Shown piece after piece: positions 29,645 to 39,432 of a DNA stretch of 64,000 nucleotides. Source of the DNA: Candidatus Latescibacterota bacterium (GTDB taxonomy: Bacteria > Latescibacterota > UBA2968); contig OZ220741.1 in the NCBI GenBank assembly GCA_965116885.1, forward strand, positions 960,001-1,024,000, given 5' to 3'. Every line of letters starts with the position of its first letter. Within the stretch, counting starts at the first letter, position 1. The notes under the pieces were generated by a model. The model was not told the DNA's origin. It searched no databases and was given only the letters and a program-made list of their open reading frames with translations. The position numbers and the translations under genes were made by a program.

Positions 29645-30976
29645 ATGAACGACCGACCAAACATCTTATTTATGCACTCGCACAACACCGGAACCTATAT
29701 TGAACCCTATGGACACGCCGTACCAACGCCACACCTGCAGCAACTATCAGAACAAGGCGTCTTATTTCGACGGGCGTATGCCACGGCCCCCACCTGTTCG
29801 CCCAGCAGAGCCAGCTTCTTAACCGGCATGTATCCCCATACATGTGGCATGACGGGCCTTGCACACCGCGGCTTTGCCATGTCCAATTACGACTGGCATG
29901 CAGCCCGTATCTTCAAGACACATGGCTACTTCACCGCAACCGCAGGCGTGGAACACACCGCGCCGGACCTGGACACCATTGGATACGACGAAATCCTCTC
30001 TGGCCTGGACACAAATTACCCCGGCCAGCCCAAATGGATCGAACCCGCGGATGCCGTCGTAGATTTCATAAAAAACGCACCCCAACAACCCTTCTTCCTC
30101 AACCTCGGCTTAAACGAAACGCACCGGCCATTTCACAGTGCCGAACCCGACAAATACCCCGCAGAACGCGAACAATACTGCATCCCACCCCGGCCCCTGC
30201 CCGACACACCGGAAACCCGCGCCGACACAGCAGACTACAAAGCCTCTGCACGCATCATGGACAACCACTACGGCAACGTACTCGCAGCACTCGAAGAAAC
30301 CGGCCTATCCGACAACACCCTCGTATGCTGCTTTGCCGACCACGGCTTGCAATTTCCGCGCAACATGTGCAACCTGACAGACCACGGCATCGGCGTGTAC
30401 CTCATCATACGCGGACCGGGCGGATTTGAAGGCGGAAAAGTCATAAACGCGATGGTCAGCTTAATGGACCTGTTACCCACCGCATATCGCGCTGCCAGCA
30501 TTGAAATCCCCGCCCACGTACAGGGAAAATCCCTACACCCTCTGATAAATGAAGACAGCCACCGGGAAGAAATCTTTTCAGAAGTCACCTATCACGCCGC
30601 GTATGAACCCATGCGCAGCATCCGCACGGAGCGATACAAATATATCCGGCGATACGACAACCGCGACAAACTCGTATTGCCCAACGTGGATGACACCCCC
30701 ACAAAAGCCTTCTTACTCAAACAAAACTGGGAAAAATTGCCGCGGGATCAGGAAATGTTATACGACCTCATATTTGACCCCGATGAAACGCACAACATCA
30801 TTGACCGGGAAGACATGGCACCTGTGCGGAAGGACCTGAGCCATCGAATGCACGCATGGATGGCAGAAACGAATGACCCCCTCTTGCCAGACGGACACAT
30901 CGCCGCACCGGGCGGATCTAAAGTCAACAACTCCGATGGCCGCTCGCCGAATGAGACGCCGGAGGTTATGGTGTAG
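29645..30976 (+). CDS. Sulfatase (N-sulfoglucosamine sulfohydrolase-like)
   Basis: RPNILF, CSPSRAS..TG, ETHRPF, ADHG, RSIRTERYKYIR. Confidence 0.92.
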   Translation: MNDRPNILFMHSHNTGTYIEPYGHAVPTPHLQQLSEQGVLFRRAYATAPTCSPSRASFLTGMYPHTCGMTGLAHRGFAMSNYDWHAARIFKTHGYFTATAGVEHTAPDLDTIGYDEILSGLDTNYPGQPKWIEPADAVVDFIKNAPQQPFFLNLGLNETHRPFHSAEPDKYPAEREQYCIPPRPLPDTPETRADTADYKASARIMDNHYGNVLAALEETGLSDNTLVCCFADHGLQFPRNMCNLTDHGIGVYLIIRGPGGFEGGKVINAMVSLMDLLPTAYRAASIEIPAHVQGKSLHPLINEDSHREEIFSEVTYHAAYEPMRSIRTERYKYIRRYDNRDKLVLPNVDDTPTKAFLLKQNWEKLPRDQEMLYDLIFDPDETHNIIDREDMAPVRKDLSHRMHAWMAETNDPLLPDGHIAAPGGSKVNNSDGRSPNETPEVMV

Positions 30977-30981
30977 GGCGG

Positions 30982-31065
30982 GGACCTACCCCCTAACCCC
31001 CTTCCTACAAGGAAGGGGGAACCAAGTCTCCCCTCCCCGTCTCGGGGAGGAGCCGGGGGAGGGGT
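30982..31065 (+). repeat. C/G-run double-hairpin repeat, copy 1 of 3
   Basis: CCTACCCCCTAACCCCCTTCCT-nnn-AGGAAGGGGG..CTCCCCGTCTCGGGGAG..CCGGGGGAGGGGT. Confidence 0.85.
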
Positions 31066-31103
31066 TTCAATAAATTTAAAACAACTTCTAAAAGGAGACA
31101 CCC

Positions 31104-32201
31104 ATGAAAATGCAAGCATCGCTACTCTATGAACCGGGAAGGCCATTGGAAGTGGCGGACCTGGACCTGGAAGGACCGAAGGAAGACGAAGTCATGGTGC
31201 GGATGATCGCCACTGGCGTATGTCACAGTTGTTTGCACGTCGTAGATGGCAGCTGGACTGGATTTCCAATGCCCATGGTATTGGGCGATGAAGGGGCTGG
31301 AATCGTCGAAGAAGTGGGACCCGGCGTTCGACATATAAAACCCGGCGACCACGTCATCCTATCCTGGGCATCCACATGCGGGCGCTGTCACTACTGCGCA
31401 ACCGGACTATCGCACCTGTGTGAACGCACCCCCCCGGGCAAAGGCGTATTAATGGACGGCACATCCAGAATGAAAATAAAAGGCCAAACCGTGTACCACT
31501 ACGGACCCGCGTGCAGCTACGCCTCATACTCCGTCATGCCCGCCTCCTGTGCCGTCCCCATCCGGGAAGACATGCCCCTCGAAGTAGCCGCCTTAATCGG
31601 CTGTTCCGTCATGACCGGCGTAGGCTCCGTCATCAACACCGCAGCCGTAACGCCCGGAGCCAGCATAGCCGTATTCGGCACCGGGGGAATTGGCCTCAAC
31701 GTCATACAGGGCGGAACCCTCGTACAGGCACACCCCATCATAGCCGTCGATATCAACCCCGCCAAACTGGAATACGCAAAATCCTTTGGCGCGACACACA
31801 CCATAGACGCCAGCAAAGAAAATCCGGTCGAAGCCATAAAAGACCTCACCGGACGCGGGGCGGATTATTCATTTGTAGCAGTCGGCAACGCGCAAGTCAT
31901 CAATCAAGCCTGGGACTGTCTCGCATCCAGGGGCCAGTGCCTGCTCATCGGCCTGCCCCCAACCGGCTCCACCGTCACATTTGACACCGGCAACCTCCAA
32001 TCCAACGAACGCATCCTGCGCGGCTGCAAATACGGAAGCGCGAGAATCTATGACGACTTCCCGCGCATGGTCGAACTCTACCTCGCCGGAAAACTAAAAA
32101 TCGACGAACTCGTAACCCGGCGATTTGATCTCGAAGGCGCAAACGAAGCATTTGACGCCCTGGCCGCTGGAGAAGTCGCGCGGGGGTTGATCGTCTTCTA
32201 A
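31104..32201 (+). CDS. Zn-dependent alcohol dehydrogenase (MDR, class III-like)
   Basis: GVCHS, LGDEGAG, CGRCHYC..G...LC, IGCSVMTGVG, GTGGIG. Confidence 0.92.
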   Translation: MKMQASLLYEPGRPLEVADLDLEGPKEDEVMVRMIATGVCHSCLHVVDGSWTGFPMPMVLGDEGAGIVEEVGPGVRHIKPGDHVILSWASTCGRCHYCATGLSHLCERTPPGKGVLMDGTSRMKIKGQTVYHYGPACSYASYSVMPASCAVPIREDMPLEVAALIGCSVMTGVGSVINTAAVTPGASIAVFGTGGIGLNVIQGGTLVQAHPIIAVDINPAKLEYAKSFGATHTIDASKENPVEAIKDLTGRGADYSFVAVGNAQVINQAWDCLASRGQCLLIGLPPTGSTVTFDTGNLQSNERILRGCKYGSARIYDDFPRMVELYLAGKLKIDELVTRRFDLEGANEAFDALAAGEVARGLIVF

Positions 32202-32618
32202 TCAAAGACTATCTACGGGACTGGAGGCAGGAAAAATAGTAGTAATAGCGTGCTGCGTAAGCGAATCTGAAAACGAAACCCGGGGAGAATCGGTACGGCT
32301 CGTATCCATAACAGCAGCTGGGGACTCGGGAGACCGTACCGCCGTGGGATCGGACTGCGACTTGCGGATACCCAAAACCGCAAACAGAACAATCCCCATC
32401 GCAAAAGCCATCTGATAAACGGGCCAGCGCACCGGAAATCTGAGAGAACGCAACACATTGAACCCACCGCGTTCTCGCGCAGACATCTGAGCAACAACAG
32501 CATTGCGAATCGCCGGATCGGGTTCAAGACCGCCGGTCCTGGGAACTGCGAGCACTTGCCTCAACACCCCATCCACACTCTCTTTCTTTTTAAACGGAAT
32601 AACCCGCCTCATATCCAT
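32202..32618 (-). CDS. Single-TM protein, probable anti-sigma factor
   Basis: Immediately downstream of the ECF sigma gene; GAGGAG RBS; one TM helix (MAFAMGIVLFAVLGI). Confidence 0.6.
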   Translation of the reverse strand: MDMRRVIPFKKKESVDGVLRQVLAVPRTGGLEPDPAIRNAVVAQMSARERGGFNVLRSLRFPVRWPVYQMAFAMGIVLFAVLGIRKSQSDPTAVRSPESPAAVMDTSRTDSPRVSFSDSLTQHAITTIFPASSPVDSL

Positions 32619-32622
32619 CTCC

Positions 32623-33210
32623 TCATCCACACAGGGAGTTTCGCCCCTGAAGTCTCTCTGCCAACTTCTGCGTAACATGGTGAAGCCTCGATTTAACCGT
32701 CCCCTCCGGACACTGGAGAATCTGGCTAATCTCTCGAATACTGCGACACTCCTGATGCCGCAATAAAAACGTCGTACGCTGATCCACACTGAGCTTATCC
32801 AACTCATCCATCAGCGCGCGCAAAAAAGCCCGTTCATCGCACGCCTTTTCTATGGCATAAGCCCCATCAACCCACCCACAATGCATATCGATATCGGGGT
32901 CATTAACCACAATTTTCCGCACACTCTGCTTGCGATACTCGTTCTTGCACATATTGTGTGCAACCGTATAAAGCCAGGACGCAAAGGCATTGCCCCGCTT
33001 AAAACGGGCGGGCTTCTCGACAATCTTCAAAAACAAATCCTGTAAAAAATCCTGCGCCTTCTCCTCATCTCCCCCCAGCATGCGATGAAAATAGTAAAGC
33101 ATCCGCTTGCTATATCGGGTATAGAGTTCGTCAAATGCGGCCGTATCACTCCGCTGAATGCGGGCCATGAGCTTTTCATCGGAAAGCGTGTGATATTTTC
33201 TCAGGAACAT
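32623..33210 (-). CDS. ECF RNA polymerase sigma factor
   Basis: SDEKLM, AFDELY.RY, AQDFLQDLF, F.SWLYTVAHN, region 4 EIS..L..PEGTVKSRL. Confidence 0.93.
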   Translation of the reverse strand: MFLRKYHTLSDEKLMARIQRSDTAAFDELYTRYSKRMLYYFHRMLGGDEEKAQDFLQDLFLKIVEKPARFKRGNAFASWLYTVAHNMCKNEYRKQSVRKIVVNDPDIDMHCGWVDGAYAIEKACDERAFLRALMDELDKLSVDQRTTFLLRHQECRSIREISQILQCPEGTVKSRLHHVTQKLAERLQGRNSLCG

Positions 33211-33259
33211 AAAAAACCAAACCATGCGTGATTTATAGCGCGTTTCTACTTATTGCATA

Positions 33260-33284
33260 CACCTGTTGTATCAAAAGGTTCAAA
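33260..33284 (-). promoter_or_regulatory. Direct repeat copy 1 / ECF-like promoter upstream of the sigma gene
   Basis: Minus strand TTTGAACCTTTTGATACAACAGGTG; 23/25 identical to 34063-34087. Confidence 0.6.
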
Positions 33285-33290
33285 TTTTTT

Positions 33291-33761
33291 TTACTGCATA
33301 ACATCAGCTTCTACGAAAAACTCGACCTTACAGTTCACAATATGAAATAACGCGAGCATTTGCCGAACAGACTTTCGATAATTGGTCTGGTCGAGAAGGC
33401 GGTAGTATTGCGCGGGCGATGTACCGAGCCGACGAATAATCTCACGGGTACTCAACGGCGACTTCTCCACAGCCTCCCGAACTCGACATGTCAACTCATA
33501 GAGCAACAAATCTGCCATATAACCGGGATCGCGATTGTATTCGAGCACATGATCGATATGAACGGTCCCCTCATCCCCGGAAGCGAGCACATAGACAAAC
33601 CCCTCATTATTCAACTCCGGATCCACATAAACATTGACAACCCAGCGCCCTTTTTGCGGTATTGGTCGCACAACCGCATAGGGAAACACATAGGTATTAT
33701 TGTACGTATAAACCTCAAAAGCCTTCTTCCGATTATTCGGCACAACTCTTCGAATTTTCAA
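33291..33761 (-). CDS. Antitoxin-like protein with C-terminal HTH, partner of DUF4160 protein
   Basis: TTG start overlapping upstream TGA; LSTREIIRRLGTSPAQYYRLLD HTH-like segment. Confidence 0.7.
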   Translation of the reverse strand: MKIRRVVPNNRKKAFEVYTYNNTYVFPYAVVRPIPQKGRWVVNVYVDPELNNEGFVYVLASGDEGTVHIDHVLEYNRDPGYMADLLLYELTCRVREAVEKSPLSTREIIRRLGTSPAQYYRLLDQTNYRKSVRQMLALFHIVNCKVEFFVEADVMQ

Positions 33762-33952
33762 AGCGCTCCCCTATCTTGCAATTCTTGTATATATTTTAAA
33801 ATTTGACCCGTCGGCTTTCCCTTCATCGCCCTATTGTTTTCTAAATCCCACTTAACGACCAGCTTGCCTGACCGATAGACGTGAACGTGCCTTGGGGGAT
33901 GGTCGCCAGCCCAAAACACAAAAATGAAATTTCCTCGCCGAATTCTACCCAT
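33758..33952 (-). CDS. DUF4160-like small toxin candidate
   Basis: F.F...DHPPRHVHV motif, 64 aa, basic. Confidence 0.75.
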   Translation of the reverse strand: MGRIRRGNFIFVFWAGDHPPRHVHVYRSGKLVVKWDLENNRAMKGKPTGQILKYIQELQDRGAL

Positions 33953-33957
33953 TCTTA

Positions 33958-33987
33958 AATGTAACCATACATGGTTACACTTGTCAA
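33958..33987 (-). promoter_or_regulatory. Sigma70 promoter with palindromic operator
   Basis: TTGACA-18 nt-TACATT; perfect inverted repeat TGTAACCAT-AC-ATGGTTACA at 33960-33979. Confidence 0.7.
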
Positions 33988-34062
33988 GAGCGGACACAGA
34001 AGAATTTTGATTTATGTCGTAGAGGGATTTTTGAGTAGGAGGGAAAGGGGAATATTTCTATG

Positions 34063-34087
34063 CATCTGTTGTGTCAAAAGGTTCAAA
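34063..34087 (-). repeat. Direct repeat copy 2 / ECF-like promoter
   Basis: CATCTGTTGTGTCAAAAGGTTCAAA versus CACCTGTTGTATCAAAAGGTTCAAA. Confidence 0.65.
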
Positions 34088-34173
34088 CTATTTTAATTTT
34101 TTATTTATATTGAGGGGAGTGTATGTCATTAATTTTTAATCTATACAACCCCCTCAATTAAATCGGAGACACA

Positions 34174-35283
34174 ATGGAACGAGTAAAACGTCGCGACTTC
34201 ATAAAAAAAGCCGGACTTGCCGGCGGTGCTGCACTATTGGCGGGCTGTGCATCCCCCCAGGAAACCGGAGCACCTGCTGTACAAACGCGCAAAAAATACG
34301 AATGGAAAATGGTCACAACCTGGCCGCCGCACTTTCCCATCCTGGGAGAATCTGCTGAACACATCGCCAAATGGGCAGAAGAAATGTCCGAAGGCCAGCT
34401 CAAAATACAGGTCTATGGCGGCGGCGAACTCATCCCCCCCCTCGAAGGCTTTGACGCCGTCAGCGCGGGAACCGCGGAAATGTGTCACGGCGCCGCGTAT
34501 TACTGGGCGGGAAAAGCGCAGGCAACACAATTCTTTGCCTCTGTACCCTTTGGCATGAACGCCCAACAAATGAACGCCTGGATCACCAGCGGCGGCGGCC
34601 TCGCCTTATGGGAAGAACTCTACGCCCCATTTAACCTCATCCCCATCCCCGCAGGCAACAGCGGCGTACAAATGGGCGGCTGGTTCAACCGCGAAATCAA
34701 CGCCGTAAGCGACTTACAGGGCCTCAAAATGCGCATCCCGGGCCTCGGCGGCAAAGTCATCTCCAAAGCCGGCGGATCCGCTATCTTATCAGCCGGAGCA
34801 GAAATCTTCACCAACCTCGAGCGCGGCGTCATCGACGCAACCGAATGGATCGGACCCTACCACGACGCACTCATGGGCTTTTACAAAGCCGCCAAATACT
34901 ACTACTATCCCGGCTGGCACGAACCCGGCACCGTCATAGAACTCATCATCAACAAATCCGCATATCAGACCCTGCCCAAAAACCTGCAAGACATCGTGCG
35001 AACCGCCGCCGCGCGCGCAAATGCCTGGGCACTATCGGAATTTGAAGCCAAAAACAATGCACATCTGCAAACCCTCACAAAAGACCACAACGTCGTACTA
35101 AAAAGATTCCCCGACGAAGTCCTCAACACACTTCAAAAATATGCTGAGGAAGTCGTAGATGAACTCGTCGCAGCCGATGCCATGAGCAAAAAAGTATATG
35201 AATCATTTGAAGCATTTCGCAAACAAATGAACGGCTGGGCGGCGATATCCGAGAAAATCTATTACGAGAATTTGAGTGCATGA
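34174..35283 (+). CDS. dctP: TRAP transporter substrate-binding protein (TakP-like), Tat lipoprotein signal
   Basis: KRRDFIK..LLAGC, WKMVTTWP, YYW.GK, QMGGWF, GLKMRIPG, YYYPGWHEPG. Confidence 0.93.
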   Translation: MERVKRRDFIKKAGLAGGAALLAGCASPQETGAPAVQTRKKYEWKMVTTWPPHFPILGESAEHIAKWAEEMSEGQLKIQVYGGGELIPPLEGFDAVSAGTAEMCHGAAYYWAGKAQATQFFASVPFGMNAQQMNAWITSGGGLALWEELYAPFNLIPIPAGNSGVQMGGWFNREINAVSDLQGLKMRIPGLGGKVISKAGGSAILSAGAEIFTNLERGVIDATEWIGPYHDALMGFYKAAKYYYYPGWHEPGTVIELIINKSAYQTLPKNLQDIVRTAAARANAWALSEFEAKNNAHLQTLTKDHNVVLKRFPDEVLNTLQKYAEEVVDELVAADAMSKKVYESFEAFRKQMNGWAAISEKIYYENLSA

Positions 35284-35286
35284 CCG

Positions 35287-36606
35287 CTATCCCCCAAAAT
35301 ACCTGGGCAGAGACGTCGCCATCTCGGGAAACGCGATCACGAGCGTCAGCCCGATAAGCTGAATAATAATAAACGGAATAATCCCCCGATAAATATGGCC
35401 CGTGCGGACCTCGGGCGGGGCGACCCCCTTCAGATAAAAAAGTGAAAAACCAAAAGGCGGGGTCAAAAAAGACGTCTGCAAATTCATCGCAATCAGAATA
35501 CCCAACCACAGAAGATCCACCCCCAACGCCACAAAAATAGGCGCCACAACCGGAACAATAATAAACGTAATCTCGATAAAATCGATAAAAAATCCCGCCA
35601 CAAAAATCATAACCATCACAAGCGCGAGAAACGCCCCCGGACTCATATTCGTCGAAAGAATCAAATTCGTCAAATACGCATCCCCGTGCATACCGCGAAA
35701 CACCAGACCAAACGCCGTAGCACCCACCAAAATAATAAAAACCATACACGTCAGATGGGTCGTCTCCACCATCACCGACTTCAGCGTCGCAAAAGAAAAC
35801 TTCTTTTGCAACACCGTCAAAAGCGTCGCGCCAAACGCACCCACGGCCGCTGCCTCGGTAGGTGAAGCAATCCCCGCAAAAATAGAACCCAGCACCGCAA
35901 CAAAGAGAACAGCAGGCAGAACAAACGCCTGAAAAACGCGCCGCACCATCGCCCTGCCGTAAAACTGCGCGAGTTCTTCCTCTGGCATTGCCGGTGCCCA
36001 TTCGGACTTAAAAATCGCGATCAAAACAAGATAAACCACATAGAGCAATACCAGAACAAAACCCGGCACCACAGCACCCACAAACATATCCCAAATCGAA
36101 ACATTCAGCACACTACCCAACAGCACCAGCACAATACTCGGCGGAATAATCTGCCCCAAAGTACCCGACGCCGAAATCGTCCCCGTCGCCACCTCCGCAC
36201 GGTATCCCCGCTTCAGCATCGTTGGCAAACTCAGCAAACCCATCGTAACCACAGTCGCGCCCACAATACCCGTAGAAGCCCCGAACAGCGCCCCCACAGC
36301 AACCACAGAAATCGCCAGACCCCCGCGCAAATGACCAAAAAGCAACGCCATTGTCTCCAACAAATTCTCAGCCAAACCGGACTTCTCCAGCATCACCCCC
36401 ATAAACACAAACAAAGGCACGGCAATCAGCACATAATTCGTCATCACACCCCAGATACGCAGAGGCAAAAGATTGAAAAAAGCGGGACCAAACGTAAAAT
36501 AGCCCAAAATAAAAGAAACACCACCCAGCGTAAACGCAACCGGAAAACCGAGCAAAAGCAAAAGAAAAAGAACGCCAAACAGAATCAAAGGCATCGCCTC
36601 AATCAT
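35287..36606 (-). CDS. dctM: TRAP transporter large permease
   Basis: GFPVAF, AVPLFVFMG, GTLGQIIPPS, SPTEAAAVG, NLQTSFLTPPFG. Confidence 0.95.
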   Translation of the reverse strand: MIEAMPLILFGVLFLLLLLGFPVAFTLGGVSFILGYFTFGPAFFNLLPLRIWGVMTNYVLIAVPLFVFMGVMLEKSGLAENLLETMALLFGHLRGGLAISVVAVGALFGASTGIVGATVVTMGLLSLPTMLKRGYRAEVATGTISASGTLGQIIPPSIVLVLLGSVLNVSIWDMFVGAVVPGFVLVLLYVVYLVLIAIFKSEWAPAMPEEELAQFYGRAMVRRVFQAFVLPAVLFVAVLGSIFAGIASPTEAAAVGAFGATLLTVLQKKFSFATLKSVMVETTHLTCMVFIILVGATAFGLVFRGMHGDAYLTNLILSTNMSPGAFLALVMVMIFVAGFFIDFIEITFIIVPVVAPIFVALGVDLLWLGILIAMNLQTSFLTPPFGFSLFYLKGVAPPEVRTGHIYRGIIPFIIIQLIGLTLVIAFPEMATSLPRYFGG

Positions 36607-37127
36607 CCATCCACCTCCTCATTGTCCCCCAGGACGGAGAGCAAAGACCGACACGCCAGACCCAGCCCCTGTAGCAAAAGCAGAACAAAACCCAGAGGAA
36701 TAGCCGCCTTGAGCACCCACCGCGCGGGCAGACCCCCCGGATTGGGTGACGTCTCCCCAATGTGAAAAGCACTAACCACAAAATACTGCGAACTCACAAT
36801 CACAATAATGCAAAACGGAATCAAAAACAGAACGCTACCAACCAGATTCACCCACGCCTTCTTACGGGCGGAAAACCGACTGTAAAACACATCCACGCGC
36901 ACATGCTGATCGTGCTTGAGCGAATACGCAGCCCCAAGCAAAAAAATAAGCCCGAACAAATGCCATTCCAACTCCTGAACAGCCACCAGGCTATTCTTCA
37001 ACAAATAGCGGGTAAAAACATCGTAACACACCACCGCCACCAGCACAGCGGTAAGCCACGCAATCGCCCTGCCAACGCGCTCATTTAAACCATCGACAAA
37101 TCGGATATATGCTCTTAAAACCTGCAA
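36603..37127 (-). CDS. dctQ: TRAP transporter small permease
   Basis: DVFTRY, QELEWHL, HVRVDVFY; TTG start with GAGGAGG RBS; overlaps dctM start. Confidence 0.92.
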   Translation of the reverse strand: MQVLRAYIRFVDGLNERVGRAIAWLTAVLVAVVCYDVFTRYLLKNSLVAVQELEWHLFGLIFLLGAAYSLKHDQHVRVDVFYSRFSARKKAWVNLVGSVLFLIPFCIIVIVSSQYFVVSAFHIGETSPNPGGLPARWVLKAAIPLGFVLLLLQGLGLACRSLLSVLGDNEEVDG

Positions 37128-37378
37128 AATTTCCTCCTCAAAAAAAGAATCAGGATGTGCAGGATGAAAGGATGAACAGGATAAAATCAAAGCCAGGAGA
37201 AGACAGCGAATAACTTGAGGTTGCTTGTGTAACATCAGAATATAAACAAATTCGCAAAACAGGCAGCAAAATATGACCCTTGGTATAGGATCATTTTTTG
37301 TGTAAATTCAAAATGACATATTAAAATTACACAAAAAACGCGCCCATGAATTACCTCACCCACAAAAAGGAGTAACCC

Positions 37379-38809
37379 ATGCCAAAACAACCGAACATCC
37401 TGCTCTTCATCAGCGACCAGCAGCGCACGGACACCTTGAAATGTTATGGCAACGACTGGATACAATCGCCGCATCAAGACGCATTGGCAGAACGCAGCTT
37501 CGTCTTTGAAAACACCTACGTCACCCAACCCGTATGCACACCCGCGCGCGGATCCCTCATGACCGGCCTGTACCCGCACAACCACGAATGCATGGTCAAC
37601 CGGGACATATTGCGCGACGAAATCCCATCCATCGCAGAAATGCTCCCCGACACCTATCGAAAAGCCATGTTTGGAAAATGGCACCTCGGCGACGACTCCG
37701 TGCGCCAGCACGGCTTTGACGAATGGATCAGCACAGAAGACGACCACCGCAACAAATACTCCCGCCCTGGCCTGCCCTTCAGCAGCTATTACTACTGGAT
37801 GAAAGAACAGGGCATAGAACCCCAAAACAACAGCGCCACCGGAGAAATCATCTTCTCACCGCGCCAGCGATCCCAACTCCCCGCAGAATACCAGATGGGC
37901 ACCTTCATCGCCAACCACTCCGAGCGATTCATCCGGGAAAACACACACCGCCCGTGGCTCCTCGTATTCAGCACATTTGAGCCACACCCCCCAATGACCG
38001 GACCCTACGACGGCATGTACGACCCCGATGCCCTGCCCGTTGGCCCCACCTTCATCAAAAAACCAGAAGGACACGCCTTATTTAACCGCGCCCGCGCAGA
38101 ACACTACCTCAGCAACAGGGTTGAAGGCCAGGACATGCGACAAGAACATTCCTGGCGAAAACTGCGGGCGCAATACTACGGCAACGTAAAAATCATCGAC
38201 GACGCCATCGGCCGCATGGTACAGGCACTGGAAGAAACCGGACAAATGGAAAACACCATCTTTGCCGTCACCAGCGACCACGGCGAAATGGCAGGCGACC
38301 ACGCCATGTTCGAAAAACGCGCATTCTACGAAGAATCCGCGCGCGTCCCCATGATCTTAAGCGTCCCCTATCTCACCCAGACGCAAAAGCGCATCGACGG
38401 CGTCTTTGGACACGCGGACCTGATCGCCACCCTCGTAGAACTCGCCAATCAGCCACTCCCAGACGCCCTCCCGGGCCGCCCGTGTGCCGATGTCTTAACC
38501 GGCGAGGCCGACCTGCGCGACCACACCGCATTCATGGAATGGAACGGCATTGGCGACCGCAACCTGGGCAACCCCAAAATCAACCTCATGGCCACCTTAC
38601 CCTGGCGCTGTGCCGTAACCGGAGACCGATGGAAACTCAACTTATGTGCCGGCGACCAGTGCGAATTATTCGACCTGAACAACGACCCCTATGAAGAAAC
38701 CAACCTCTTTGACGACCCGGCGCACCGCGACCGCGCGCGCGAAATCGCGGCTCGCATTCGCCTGTGGCAACACGAAACAAATGACCACGCGCCATTGCCG
38801 GCGGTATAA
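37379..38809 (+). CDS. Sulfatase (choline-sulfatase-like)
   Basis: PNILLFISDQQR, CTPARGS..TG, GKWHLG, EPHPP, TSDHGEM.GDH. Confidence 0.93.
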   Translation: MPKQPNILLFISDQQRTDTLKCYGNDWIQSPHQDALAERSFVFENTYVTQPVCTPARGSLMTGLYPHNHECMVNRDILRDEIPSIAEMLPDTYRKAMFGKWHLGDDSVRQHGFDEWISTEDDHRNKYSRPGLPFSSYYYWMKEQGIEPQNNSATGEIIFSPRQRSQLPAEYQMGTFIANHSERFIRENTHRPWLLVFSTFEPHPPMTGPYDGMYDPDALPVGPTFIKKPEGHALFNRARAEHYLSNRVEGQDMRQEHSWRKLRAQYYGNVKIIDDAIGRMVQALEETGQMENTIFAVTSDHGEMAGDHAMFEKRAFYEESARVPMILSVPYLTQTQKRIDGVFGHADLIATLVELANQPLPDALPGRPCADVLTGEADLRDHTAFMEWNGIGDRNLGNPKINLMATLPWRCAVTGDRWKLNLCAGDQCELFDLNNDPYEETNLFDDPAHRDRAREIAARIRLWQHETNDHAPLPAV

Positions 38810-38843
38810 AGGCAAAGAAGACAGCGAATAACTTGAGCTGTCT

Positions 38844-38958
38844 CACAGATGAACACAGATAAACACAGATGAAAGGCAAAAACCTCTGGATCGCGGCTAA
38901 CACCATGCCGCGATGACAGGCGGTCACACGTAAGGGCGAGGCATGCCTCGCCCCTACA
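38844..38958. repeat. Composite repeat: 9-bp CACAGATGAA-type units, CTGGATCGCGGC hairpin and GTAG REP
   Basis: Same modules as at 4962-5100 and 51225-51376. Confidence 0.8.
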
Positions 38959-39139
38959 CGGATTAACAATAACAATTTGCCTTGCAAATAAAAAAAGAAT
39001 GGCTATATTGCATACATTGTGAGAACGCGGAATTTCGGGTATTAGCGGAACTTCCCCTTCCCCACCCATTCGGTCCGACTCTCTGGTCCCGTATCAGAAA
39101 GCGGTGTAGTATGTTTCACATCTCTTGAGGAACCCTGCC

Positions 39140-39352
39140 ATGGACGACGCGGCACTGTTAAAACTGCTGGCGGCTGGGATAGACGAAGACGTTGCGGCTA
39201 CACAACTGAACATTTCTCCCCAACAGGTTAAAGGACGAATCAGAGAATATTTGCAAGCAGGCATCTTAAATTGCAATGGCGAACGCGAAACCATCAACTG
39301 GAAAGCCTTTGGCAAATGGAAAAAACTGGCGCGAACCGTTGAAACCGTATAG
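39140..39352 (+). CDS. Small HTH protein (LuxR-like fold)
   Basis: LLKLLAAG...VAA..LNIS...VK.RI; GAGGA RBS; followed by a terminator. Confidence 0.7.
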   Translation: MDDAALLKLLAAGIDEDVAATQLNISPQQVKGRIREYLQAGILNCNGERETINWKAFGKWKKLARTVETV

Positions 39353-39382
39353 AAAAAGCAAAATCGGATTATGTAACAAGAT

Positions 39383-39416
39383 GGGCAGTCGCCTGCGAGC
39401 AACTGCCCGTTTTTTA
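39383..39416 (+). terminator. Intrinsic terminator
   Basis: GGGCAGT..ACTGCCC stem followed by TTTTTT. Confidence 0.75.
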
Positions 39417-39432
39417 TCTGAAGAGCGCAAAA

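Noticed and set aside
39030..39060. Minus-strand GCTAATACCCG resembling 16S rRNA
   Set aside because: Too short, with no flanking rRNA similarity
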